Positions 28,510-37,724 of a stretch of DNA of 64,000 nt are shown in pieces. Position 1 is the first letter of the stretch. Each line of letters starts with the position of its first letter. The stretch comes from an uncultured Gammaproteobacteria bacterium. Lineage in GTDB: Bacteria; Patescibacteriota; Microgenomatia; Levybacterales; UBA12049. Position numbers and translations under genes: made by a program. The notes under the pieces were generated by a model, which did not search any database, was not told the origin of the DNA, and saw nothing but the letters and a program-made list of their open reading frames with translations. The stretch is from NCBI GenBank assembly GCA_964507055.1, contig CAZDOJ010000001.1, positions 1,105,313 through 1,169,312 of the forward strand. The letters run 5' to 3'.

Positions 28510-29523
28510 ATGAACATCCCAACAGTGACCCACAACGGGCTATCATTTATTAACTTAAGTAAACCAACAGCTGAACAAATTCAATTCTTGAATAAGAATT
28601 TCGGATTTAGTTTGTTGAACCTTGAAGATTATTTGTATAAGACACAGATTCCAAAGATTGAAGTGAATAAAGACTACACACTTTTCGTGATGGATGTACC
28701 CCATTATCCACAAACTCGTTCAAAGACAACAACCTCTGCACAAAAGAATGCTGCATTAACAAATGTGCTTACCAATAGAGTCCCAATCCCTTCATTTGCA
28801 AAAGGTGGTAAGAAAAAAAGAATTAATATCGGAGAAGTCGATTTCTTTATCGGTAAGGATTATCTTGTCGTACTACATGATGACAGAACTCCTCAAATTG
28901 ATGATCTTTTTGAGATGTGTAAGATCTCATCAAAACACCGTGAGGATCTTATGGGCAAAGGCTCCAACTACCTCTTCTACCGCATCGCTGACATCCTCAT
29001 TGACTCTTCTTTCGCATATGTCGAAGATATCAACTCAACAATTGATTACATTGATAGACAACTTGAAGAAACAAGTGGCAATGCTTTAATCGAAGACATT
29101 TCAATCACGAGACGCAATATCGTTGTCTTCGAAACAATGATTAAGCCACTACTACCTATCTATGCTGATCTTGAAAAAGGTAAATACCCGCAACTCAATG
29201 GAACAATGACAGATTATTGGTCCAATCTTTTAGACCATTTACAAAAGATTTGGGAACGACTTGAAGATAACAAAGAATTAATTGCCGGCATCTCAAGTAG
29301 TAATGAATCTATCCTCTCAAACCGAAACAACGAACTGGTCAAATTCCTGACGGTCATTACTTCAATCTCATTTCCATTCGTTATTGTTAATAATCTTTAT
29401 TCTATGAATGTAAATGGGTTACCGTTTGCAGATGAACCTTGGATTGTAGTTGTGCTCTTCTTCCTTATTTTTGCAGGAGGTATTTCGATTATCTCTTACT
29501 TCAAATACCGAGATTGGCTATAG
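28510..29523 (+). CDS. corA: CorA-family divalent cation transporter
   Basis: soluble N-terminal domain, two C-terminal TM, 'YSMNVNGLPF' variant of the GMN motif. Confidence 0.6.
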   Translation: MNIPTVTHNGLSFINLSKPTAEQIQFLNKNFGFSLLNLEDYLYKTQIPKIEVNKDYTLFVMDVPHYPQTRSKTTTSAQKNAALTNVLTNRVPIPSFAKGGKKKRINIGEVDFFIGKDYLVVLHDDRTPQIDDLFEMCKISSKHREDLMGKGSNYLFYRIADILIDSSFAYVEDINSTIDYIDRQLEETSGNALIEDISITRRNIVVFETMIKPLLPIYADLEKGKYPQLNGTMTDYWSNLLDHLQKIWERLEDNKELIAGISSSNESILSNRNNELVKFLTVITSISFPFVIVNNLYSMNVNGLPFADEPWIVVVLFFLIFAGGISIISYFKYRDWL

Positions 29524-29548
29524 ATCCTGATTCTTCAGGATTTTTTTT
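29524..29548. terminator. bidirectional intrinsic terminator between convergent genes
   Basis: hairpin ATCCTGA-ttct-TCAGGAT followed by T8; located between corA stop and stop of 29535..30206 (-). Confidence 0.55.
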
Positions 29549-30206
29549 CTTTTGACTTCTTTCGAAATTCTTTCAGCTTCCCTTTGTAGAAAAAGAATAT
29601 CAGTCCTAATCCAAGGAGAAACCCGATAATGATCATCGGGCTCTCTGAAGTCGAAATCTTATTGTAGGCTGTTTCCCCTGCGTAATACCCAATTGCACTC
29701 GGAATAAGGGAAAGTACTGTAGCAAAGAAAAATTTCCCAAAACTTAATTTGGTGAGCCCAGCCAGATAACTAATAAAATCCATAACTGGTCCTGTGGTCA
29801 AACGGATTAAAATGAATCCCCAAAGCTCAGTCTTATCATCTAATTTCCCTTCCCATCTATTTAATTCCTGCAGTGGAACAAATCGCTTTACCAACGGCTC
29901 ACGAAACTTTCTTGCCAAAAGAAACGCAATGACAGCACCGGAAAGTAAACCAATCGTACTATAAATGAATACCCAGAACCATCCAAGAATTGGGATAAGT
30001 GTAAATGCTAAGATTCCTGCTGGAATTGGAGGAATAACGACACCAACAAGTCTCCATACTATTAATATAGCCGGGGCAAGAATAGGATGTGCAATCGTAA
30101 ACTGAAGGATTGGCTCCTGGTAGGTTGGGAGAAAGAAAATAAGTACGAGAAAAAAGATAATGCTTAATCCGCCGGTTATCCATGCTACTATCTCATGACT
30201 TTTCAT
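29535..30206 (-). CDS. DedA/TVP38-TMEM64 family membrane protein
   Basis: 223 aa, 5-6 TM, 'RLTTGPVMDFISYLAGLTKLSFGKFF' DedA-like re-entrant region. Confidence 0.5.
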   Translation of the reverse strand: MKSHEIVAWITGGLSIIFFLVLIFFLPTYQEPILQFTIAHPILAPAILIVWRLVGVVIPPIPAGILAFTLIPILGWFWVFIYSTIGLLSGAVIAFLLARKFREPLVKRFVPLQELNRWEGKLDDKTELWGFILIRLTTGPVMDFISYLAGLTKLSFGKFFFATVLSLIPSAIGYYAGETAYNKISTSESPMIIIGFLLGLGLIFFFYKGKLKEFRKKSKEKKS

Positions 30207-31315
30207 TAATCCGTAAACTCCTGACTATACATTTTGCCATAGATTCCACCATCTACAACCCCTATACCAATTTTCTTGAAATTAGGACTGAGAATATTGG
30301 CACGATGGCCTGGACTATTCATCAACCCCTGCATTGCCAAGGTAGTACTTGGAGCAAGGGCAAGATTCTCACCTGCATAACCAAATGCAATATCTGCATC
30401 GCCCATCCGATCAAATGGAGTTCTCCCATCAAGAGATTGATGAGAGAAATAACCACGAGTAAACATATCATTGGAGTGATCACGAGCAACAGTTCTTAAA
30501 TCATTATCAAATGATACGAGTTCAAGTCCAGCTTTGGCTCTCTCGGTATTGACCATTTTAAACATATCCTGCTCAGCCCGTTCATCATATGTCCCATCTT
30601 TTACTTGGAAATGAAGTGTGACTGTTTTATCACTTTCAGGTTCAACAGTGAGGAAGTTAAGGGAATCATTAAGTGCTCCACCAAAAAGGTCATCAAGTTT
30701 CTTCTCAAAAAGAGAAGTATTTGCGACGAGTTTGGAAGCGACTCCTGATTCTTCGACCGCATTCTTGATGATTGGAGATGAAGGAAATGTGACAATAACA
30801 CTAAGAAGGAACGACAGAATAATAAACGCCGAAATAAGTCCAGGAACAATACCAAGCCAATGATTTGCACCTTTCAAACCATCAGTAAATTTATTTCGAG
30901 GCAATCCAGGCAAATAACGTATCCCTCGCCGGACAAGAATAGTTAAAACAACTTCACTCACCAGAGCTAATACAAAAAAACCTAATGCATTGGCGATCCC
31001 AATTGGTAAGGCAAAGAATGTCGTGAGTATCCAGGCTACATGTTTATATAATTGCAGGGCTGCAACAAACGAGATAATAAAACTTACTAAATCCAGTGTG
31101 GCTAGTGTAAAACCCAAAGTATAGCCTTCATGGACATAAAATAGTATGATACAAAGGATTATAAAATCTAAAAAGTTGAATCCGCCTTGGAAAGACGGAA
31201 GAGATGAAAAGAGTGCAGAGATAAATTCCATAGATGTACTTCTATTATACGCAATTTCTGCAAGAACCAAACAACAAAATCTGTTAAAATAAAAAAACGC
31301 TACTCCTATGATCAA
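30206..31315 (-). CDS. CvpA-like membrane domain fused to CAP (SCP/PR-1-like) extracellular domain
   Basis: N-terminal 4 TM; C-terminal 'ARDHSNDM...GYFSH...SPGHRANILSPNFKKIGIGV' CAP-domain motifs. Confidence 0.5.
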   Translation of the reverse strand: MIIGVAFFYFNRFCCLVLAEIAYNRSTSMEFISALFSSLPSFQGGFNFLDFIILCIILFYVHEGYTLGFTLATLDLVSFIISFVAALQLYKHVAWILTTFFALPIGIANALGFFVLALVSEVVLTILVRRGIRYLPGLPRNKFTDGLKGANHWLGIVPGLISAFIILSFLLSVIVTFPSSPIIKNAVEESGVASKLVANTSLFEKKLDDLFGGALNDSLNFLTVEPESDKTVTLHFQVKDGTYDERAEQDMFKMVNTERAKAGLELVSFDNDLRTVARDHSNDMFTRGYFSHQSLDGRTPFDRMGDADIAFGYAGENLALAPSTTLAMQGLMNSPGHRANILSPNFKKIGIGVVDGGIYGKMYSQEFTD

Positions 31316-33488
31316 GGTTAAACGCTACAAAAAAACGATTAAGAAAGTACGAAAAATATCCTTTACAAAACGGACTATCTTCCTCTTTCTTATCCCCGGC
31401 CTCATTTTATTGACAGGCTTTATCTTTTTTTATGCATACATCCTGAAAGATCTCCCATCTCCTACTAAATTGAGTAATAATACAGCATCATACTCAAGCC
31501 AGATCTATGATCGCAATGGAAAGTTGCTTTACACGCTCTATTCCGATAAAAATCAAACATTTGTTCCTCTTGCAAAAATTCCGAAGGACCTACAGGAGGC
31601 GACAATCGCGATTGAAGATAAAGATTTTTATCGACATGGTGCAGTGGATTTTCGTGGAATTAGTCGTGCGGTTTACTCTATTTTTGTAAATAAACAGATT
31701 CAGGGAGGTTCAACACTTACGCAGCAATTAGTAAAAACAAGTCTCCTTTCTCCGGAACAAACACTCCAGCGTAAAGTAAAAGAGGTAATTCTCGCTTTCG
31801 CGACGGAAATTATGTATTCGAAAGATGAAGTGCTTGAAATGTATCTTAATCAAGTCCCATATGGTGGAACACAATATGGAGTTGGTGCTGCTGCAATGAC
31901 ATTCTTTGGAAAAGATGTGAGTAAATTGACATTGGCAGAAAATGCATATCTCGCAGGACTTCCAGAATCACCAAGCACATTGTCACCTTTTGGCTCTCAT
32001 CCAGAAAGAGGTAAGCTGCGTCAGCAAGAGGTATTACGACGAATGATGGATCAAGGATATATCACAAAGGCTGAATATGATAAAGCTGTGAAGCAAGAGT
32101 TGAAATTCCAAAAAATTAGTAACCCAATCAAAGCACCTCATTTTGTTTTCTATATCCGTGATCTTCTTATCAAAAAATATGGGCAGCAAGTAGTTGAGCA
32201 AGGTGGACTACAAATTCGTACAAGTCTTGATTTGAAGACGCAGGATTACGTCCAAAAGGTTGTTGCAGACGAAGTCGCAGATCTCAAACAATATAAAGTA
32301 GGAAATGGTGCCTCATTGGTAACCAATCCTGCTACTGGTGAAATTTTAGCAATGGTAGGTAGTAAAGATTATTTCGACCCTGAACATGGAAATGTAAATG
32401 CAACAATTGCACTCCTTCAGCCAGGATCATCGATTAAGCCAATCAATTACGCAGTTGGACTCATTAATGGATACTCTGCTGCCACTCCTTTTGTTGATCA
32501 ACCAGTATGTTTCCCACAAGCAGGAGAGAAACCATATTGTCCAAGAAATTACGATGGAACATTCAGAGGAGTCGTCCAGATGAGATATGCTTTGGCAAAT
32601 TCATTGAATATCCCGGCTGTACAGATGTTGAAGTTGAATGGACTAGACTCTATGATTGCGACAGCAAGTGCAATGGGTATTACAACCTTTAAAGATCCGA
32701 GTAATTATGGACTTTCACTTACATTAGGTGGTGGTGAAGTTATGATGACAGATATGGCGACTGCATTTGGTGTTTTCGCAAATCAAGGATATAGAATTGA
32801 TCTCCACCCTATTTTAAAGATTACAGATAGAAAAGGAAAAGTGATTGAGGAATACAAACCTCCAAAGAGTCCAATCTTTGGAAAGAAAGTAATACCATCT
32901 GAAGTCAGCTTTATTATTTCAGACATTCTGGCAGATAATAATGCACGTACTCCAGCTTTTGGTGCAAATTCAGCACTAAAAATAGATAAACAAAGAGTTT
33001 CAGTCAAAACGGGTACCACAAATGATTATCGAGATAACTGGACAATTGGATATACACCATCTTACGTTGTTGCTGTTTGGGTTGGGAACAATGATCATTC
33101 AGCTATGTCAGGAATTGTATCTGGTGTAACCGGTGCTGCACCAATCTGGAACAAAGTAATGTCACATTTGCTTGAAGGCAAAAAACCTGAAATCCCACAG
33201 AAACCACCAAATGTATTCGGTAAGTATATTTGTGTAGGAACAGGGCAAATTGCATCAGGAAGTGCAGCTGGGTGCCAAACTCGATACGAGTACTTAATCA
33301 AAGGTACTGATGAAAAGAAAGTTGCCGTTAATAGACAAAAGGTATTTATCGATAAAGGAACCAATCAGATTGCAAAGCCTGGACAGACAGAGAATGTCGA
33401 AGAACGTGAAGAATCGGTCATTACTGATCCTTTAGGAAATAAATTCTGTATAAGTTGTGCTCGTCCTACTCCAGCACCAACACCATAA
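31308..33488 (+). CDS. penicillin-binding protein 1A (bifunctional transglycosylase/transpeptidase)
   Basis: GT51 motifs 'AIEDKDFYRHGAVDFRGI', 'GGSTLTQQL'; transpeptidase 'GSSIKP' (SxxK), 'SLN', 'KTGTT'. Confidence 0.9.
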   Translation: MIKVKRYKKTIKKVRKISFTKRTIFLFLIPGLILLTGFIFFYAYILKDLPSPTKLSNNTASYSSQIYDRNGKLLYTLYSDKNQTFVPLAKIPKDLQEATIAIEDKDFYRHGAVDFRGISRAVYSIFVNKQIQGGSTLTQQLVKTSLLSPEQTLQRKVKEVILAFATEIMYSKDEVLEMYLNQVPYGGTQYGVGAAAMTFFGKDVSKLTLAENAYLAGLPESPSTLSPFGSHPERGKLRQQEVLRRMMDQGYITKAEYDKAVKQELKFQKISNPIKAPHFVFYIRDLLIKKYGQQVVEQGGLQIRTSLDLKTQDYVQKVVADEVADLKQYKVGNGASLVTNPATGEILAMVGSKDYFDPEHGNVNATIALLQPGSSIKPINYAVGLINGYSAATPFVDQPVCFPQAGEKPYCPRNYDGTFRGVVQMRYALANSLNIPAVQMLKLNGLDSMIATASAMGITTFKDPSNYGLSLTLGGGEVMMTDMATAFGVFANQGYRIDLHPILKITDRKGKVIEEYKPPKSPIFGKKVIPSEVSFIISDILADNNARTPAFGANSALKIDKQRVSVKTGTTNDYRDNWTIGYTPSYVVAVWVGNNDHSAMSGIVSGVTGAAPIWNKVMSHLLEGKKPEIPQKPPNVFGKYICVGTGQIASGSAAGCQTRYEYLIKGTDEKKVAVNRQKVFIDKGTNQIAKPGQTENVEEREESVITDPLGNKFCISCARPTPAPTP

Positions 33489-33646
33489 TGGCTACAAAAA
33501 AATTATTGCAAGAATCAGTTCCTCCACAGGAACTAACGAAATACAATCGTGAATCTGGAAAAAAGACATTACTTTTAGTGAGCGTTTTGATTACCGTAAT
33601 TGTGGTACTTACAGTGTCAGTACTTTTACTCGTCCACTTTGGCTGA
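33455..33646 (+). CDS. hypothetical small membrane protein
   Basis: 63 aa, single C-terminal TM; overlaps PBP stop by 34 nt. Confidence 0.25.
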   Translation: MCSSYSSTNTIMATKKLLQESVPPQELTKYNRESGKKTLLLVSVLITVIVVLTVSVLLLVHFG

Positions 33647-34345
33647 TTGAAGAGAGGCCGAAATTTCTTTTAATTTTTGATCAAGAAGCTTGTACTGTTC
33701 TTGCGGTGTATCTAATCCAAAAAGAAAACTGGTTGCGACAAAACGATTTGCCCCCATTGCCGCAGCAACTTCTATTGTTTCGTCATTGATTCCTCCATCA
33801 ACTTCTATAGGAAGGTATTCATGTTTTGCCCGTGCTGCTTTTACTTTTTCAAGCAATGTTTCTTCAAATTTTTGCCCGGAAAAACCTGCCTGAATGGTCA
33901 TTATTAATAATGCATCTAAGTCTTCAAGATTTACTTTAATTGCATCAAGTGGTGTTTGCTTATCAAGAGCAAGTGCAACTTCTCCATACAATTGTGCTTC
34001 GGCGACAAATGCTTCTTGATCTGGCATTTTTTCAACTTGTCCAATAAATCGTTGGAAACCTGCATCGGACCAACGCTTTACATGTTGAAGTGGATCTTCG
34101 ACCATAAGATGTACTTCAAAAACTAGTCCATGATCCCCAACTTCTTGTCCACGCAAACCACCAGGCAATTCTTTTGTATATTTTTTGAAAGGTTCTGGAT
34201 CTGAAAAAGTCGTGTTCTGAGCAAACTTTCCATCGCATACATCGATATGAATTGTCTTAACCAATGGTTTTACTGATTCAATTTTCTTTTCGATCTCAGA
34301 CCATTCTTTATTTTCAGTTCCTGGACTTGGAATAATTTCGTACAT
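33626..34345 (-). CDS. rpe: ribulose-phosphate 3-epimerase-like protein
   Basis: 'HIDVCDGKF', 'EVHLMVEDP', 'IMTIQAGFSGQKF', 'EVDGGIN' match Rpe TIM-barrel motifs. Confidence 0.7.
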   Translation of the reverse strand: MYEIIPSPGTENKEWSEIEKKIESVKPLVKTIHIDVCDGKFAQNTTFSDPEPFKKYTKELPGGLRGQEVGDHGLVFEVHLMVEDPLQHVKRWSDAGFQRFIGQVEKMPDQEAFVAEAQLYGEVALALDKQTPLDAIKVNLEDLDALLIMTIQAGFSGQKFEETLLEKVKAARAKHEYLPIEVDGGINDETIEVAAAMGANRFVATSFLFGLDTPQEQYKLLDQKLKEISASLQSAKVDE

Positions 34346-34347
34346 AA

Positions 34348-34848
34348 TTAGTTTTCTAGTTGTTTTATTTTCTCAATTCTTCGTAGATGTCTTTCTGCGG
34401 TTGCTCCTGGAGTTTCAAGCCAAAGTTTAATGCCTTTTAAGATATCTTCTTCTTTCAAAAATCGAAAACCGATTGATAACATATTGGCATTGTTATGTTC
34501 TCGGGTTAATTGGAGAATGGCAAAAGGATCTGGATTTTGTTCACCTTCGATATTTATTGGATCATTTGCAATTGCTGGAGAGTAAAAGAGAGCACAACGA
34601 ATATTTTTAAACTTATTTGCAACGATTGCCTCACCTTGTCCTGATCCACCAAAGACTATTCCACGACTATTTTCAGGATCATTTGAAACACCTTCTGCAG
34701 CTTTACTTATAAAATCTGGATAGTCATCATCTTTGTCGAAATCAAACGCACCACAATCTTGAACATCATACCCAAGATCAGTAAGCATTGTGTTGACGTT
34801 ATTTTTAATTGTTAACCCTGCATGATCTGTCGCTAAGAAAACTTTCAT
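34348..34848 (-). CDS. rpiB: ribose-5-phosphate isomerase B
   Basis: 'MKVFLATDHAGLTIKN...CGAFD', 'GIVFGGSGQGEAIVANK' RpiB/LacAB signature. Confidence 0.8.
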   Translation of the reverse strand: MKVFLATDHAGLTIKNNVNTMLTDLGYDVQDCGAFDFDKDDDYPDFISKAAEGVSNDPENSRGIVFGGSGQGEAIVANKFKNIRCALFYSPAIANDPINIEGEQNPDPFAILQLTREHNNANMLSIGFRFLKEEDILKGIKLWLETPGATAERHLRRIEKIKQLEN

Positions 34849-34892
34849 AGAAGATACTCTGATCCTATCATATTTTTTGAGGCTTTTAAACC

Positions 34893-36635
34893 TTGTGTTA
34901 TAATAATAGTATGCCCATGAAAAAAATCTTCCTCATTTTTTCTGTTGTCGCAATCTTTGTCGCACCCTTTATTTATACAAACCTCGCTACTGCTCAAGTT
35001 GATACATCTGATGCTAATTTAGCAAACATATCCAAAGAACTTGCTGAATTGAACGATGCATTAAATAAATCGGTTGCAGCAACAAAACCATTACAATCAG
35101 AAGTCGATACTATCCAAAAACGTATGACATCAATTCGAAGTAGAGTTGCAGCTGTCGAAGCAGATTCACAATTGAAGAGAAAACAGATCGACGATGGCTA
35201 CAAAGATCTTGCTGAAAAAGAACAATTAATTAATCAAACTATTCGTGATTTTTATGTCACAAGTTATTATGACTCCCCTATGTTGGTCTTTTTTTCATTA
35301 GAGACAGCTTCCGAAGTAACGCAAACACTCGCGTATCAACGTGCAAAGACAAAACAAGATAAAGCGATGATTGCAAATATCGCTCTAACCATTAGTGATT
35401 TGGAGAAAAAGAAAATCCAATTAGAACAAGAAGAAAAATTTCTTGTCAGTGCTCGAGCAAGTCTTAGTCAGCAAAGTACAAAATTAAATGAAGCAATATC
35501 CAATGCACAAAGCTACCAAAGTGAATTAAATGGAAAGATTGCCACTTTGAATGCAAAACAGCAAGAAATCGTTAATGCAAAAAGTGGAGGATTCACCTTT
35601 AGTTTGAGTGATGGCGAATCTGCAGACGAATACCTTTCCTCAGCAAAAGGTTTCAGAGAATCTGCACCTGCAGGATCTTTTTCAATCTTCTCATTTGGTG
35701 CATATACACACAGAAATGGTATGAGTCAGTATGGTGCAAAAGCTCGTGCAGATCAGGGACAATCGGTTGAAGATATTCTAAAAGCATACTATCCAAATGC
35801 TACGTTGAAGAAAGACTACTCGGGAATGAGTAGTATAAATGTTGAAGGAACGGGATCTATCTCGTTTGAAGATCAGTATCTCCAAGGTATTTATGAAATG
35901 CCAGCAACTTGGCATGTAAATGCTTTGAAAGCACAAGCAATTGCAGCTCGAACATTTGCTGTTCGTTATACAAATAATGGTCAAAAATCTATTTGTACGA
36001 CAGAAGCGTGCCAAGTATTTAGAAATTCTCCAAAAGGTGGAGCATGGCAAACTGCGGTAAATGAAACGAAAGGATGGATTCTTGTTGATGGCAGTGGAAA
36101 TCCTGTCTCGACACAATACGCATCGACTCATGGAGGATTTACAAATACAGCAGGTTGGGATACAACCGATAAAAGTGGTGGTTCAAACTTCATCGATAAA
36201 GCGTATGAAAAACTTGGAGGTTCTCCATGGCTTTACAAAGCCTGGTGGAGAGAACATTACAGTAACTCCGGGGCAACATGTGGACGATCCAATCCATGGC
36301 TTAATGCACAGGAAATGGCAGACATTGTAAATGCTGCAATTGCGATGAAAACTCCAGGAATCGATACGGGAAGAATTACACCAGTTACCACTGCCTGTTG
36401 GGGAGGAAATCCGTATAGTATGGATGAACTACGCAATCTCGTCTCAGGAAAAGGTGGTATCAGTGCAGCAACAAGCGTTTCTGTCTCGCAAGGAAATGGC
36501 AATACAAATAGCGTAACAATCAATGGAGTAACTTTGAGTGGGAATGAATTTAAACAAGCAGTAGCTCTTCGTGCCCCTGGTTATGTCCGTATCCCACAAA
36601 GTGGTTTTGCATTCTTCAATATTGAAAAGAAATAA
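34893..36635 (+). CDS. SpoIID/LytB-domain protein with N-terminal signal peptide and long coiled coil
   Basis: 'MPATWHVNALKAQAIAARTFAV' SpoIID hallmark; N-terminal ~270 aa heptad-rich. Confidence 0.6.
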   Translation: MCYNNSMPMKKIFLIFSVVAIFVAPFIYTNLATAQVDTSDANLANISKELAELNDALNKSVAATKPLQSEVDTIQKRMTSIRSRVAAVEADSQLKRKQIDDGYKDLAEKEQLINQTIRDFYVTSYYDSPMLVFFSLETASEVTQTLAYQRAKTKQDKAMIANIALTISDLEKKKIQLEQEEKFLVSARASLSQQSTKLNEAISNAQSYQSELNGKIATLNAKQQEIVNAKSGGFTFSLSDGESADEYLSSAKGFRESAPAGSFSIFSFGAYTHRNGMSQYGAKARADQGQSVEDILKAYYPNATLKKDYSGMSSINVEGTGSISFEDQYLQGIYEMPATWHVNALKAQAIAARTFAVRYTNNGQKSICTTEACQVFRNSPKGGAWQTAVNETKGWILVDGSGNPVSTQYASTHGGFTNTAGWDTTDKSGGSNFIDKAYEKLGGSPWLYKAWWREHYSNSGATCGRSNPWLNAQEMADIVNAAIAMKTPGIDTGRITPVTTACWGGNPYSMDELRNLVSGKGGISAATSVSVSQGNGNTNSVTINGVTLSGNEFKQAVALRAPGYVRIPQSGFAFFNIEKK

Positions 36636-36688
36636 TTTTTTCAAAGGAATAGAATATATATAGGTAAACTTGTATAATACACCTAGCT

Positions 36689-37489
36689 ATGCCAGATATT
36701 TTTACGTTACCACCGAAAAAGAGCGTTGAACCAACACAGCAGCCGCAATCAAACCAAGCTCAGCAAGTTTCTGAACCTGCACAACAGCAACCAATTGCAG
36801 AAAATCAACAAACACCAATTCCGCAAAAACCATTAGTATTGCAGACAGAAACTGTTGCAGGAGATTCTGCAATAAAGGTTTCAGAGTTCCCGGAAGGGAC
36901 ATCGCTTGGTTTGCTTTCAGCATTTCGAATGCATCCAAAAGGTATTAAATTTGTAAATCAAGAGAAGGATGAGCATATTATTCTCTTTCTGAGACGACAT
37001 TTTATTATTAATGTTCCATGGATACTTCTCACAATTCTCTTCTCTTTCCTCCCTCCTATTGTGTATGGACTAATCGTTGTTTCAAATCTTGATCTATTCA
37101 CGCTTCCTCCATCACTTATTTTTATTCTTATTGCATTTTATTACCTCATTATTTTTAATTATGCTTTAATGAATTTCATCATTTGGTTTTATCATGTAGG
37201 TATCGTCACGCCAAAACGATTACTCGATCTTGATGTGTATAATATTCTTAGTCATCATTTGGCGGAAACAGAAATTGCAGATGTGGTAGATGTTTCGTAT
37301 ATGCAGAGAGGGTTTTTCCAGAGTTTCTTTAACTACGGAGACGTACCTATTCAGACACAAGCTATTAAAGCAAACTTTGAGTTTGAGACATGTCCAAAAC
37401 CTGCAGAAGTTTCAGATATTATAACGGACTTGCGTCCACATAGGCCGCATGCACCAAAACCAAATCCAGGAGGAAATAATAATGCTTGA
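36689..37489 (+). CDS. hypothetical membrane protein with Q/P-rich N-terminus
   Basis: 266 aa, two central TM helices; no motif. Confidence 0.3.
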   Translation: MPDIFTLPPKKSVEPTQQPQSNQAQQVSEPAQQQPIAENQQTPIPQKPLVLQTETVAGDSAIKVSEFPEGTSLGLLSAFRMHPKGIKFVNQEKDEHIILFLRRHFIINVPWILLTILFSFLPPIVYGLIVVSNLDLFTLPPSLIFILIAFYYLIIFNYALMNFIIWFYHVGIVTPKRLLDLDVYNILSHHLAETEIADVVDVSYMQRGFFQSFFNYGDVPIQTQAIKANFEFETCPKPAEVSDIITDLRPHRPHAPKPNPGGNNNA

Positions 37490-37721
37490 TATTTTTACAT
37501 TTTTCCAAGAAGATGGAGTATTACTTATATTTAAGGTTCTTCTACTTGCGTTGATTTTCGTTTATATCATTTTTAGTTTTATTGTTCTTAACAGAGTTCG
37601 CTCTTTGAATAGGACAATTTATCTTGCTGCAGCAGGTGCATCCGCAACATTACAATTACTGACAATTATTTCATTTATCGTGGCAATATCGCTTTTTATT
37701 GCCACACTTGTTATAGTATAA
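37449..37721 (+). CDS. hypothetical small membrane protein
   Basis: 90 aa, 2 TM, overlaps upstream ORF end. Confidence 0.3.
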   Translation: MHQNQIQEEIIMLDIFTFFQEDGVLLIFKVLLLALIFVYIIFSFIVLNRVRSLNRTIYLAAAGASATLQLLTIISFIVAISLFIATLVIV

Positions 37722-37724
37722 ATA

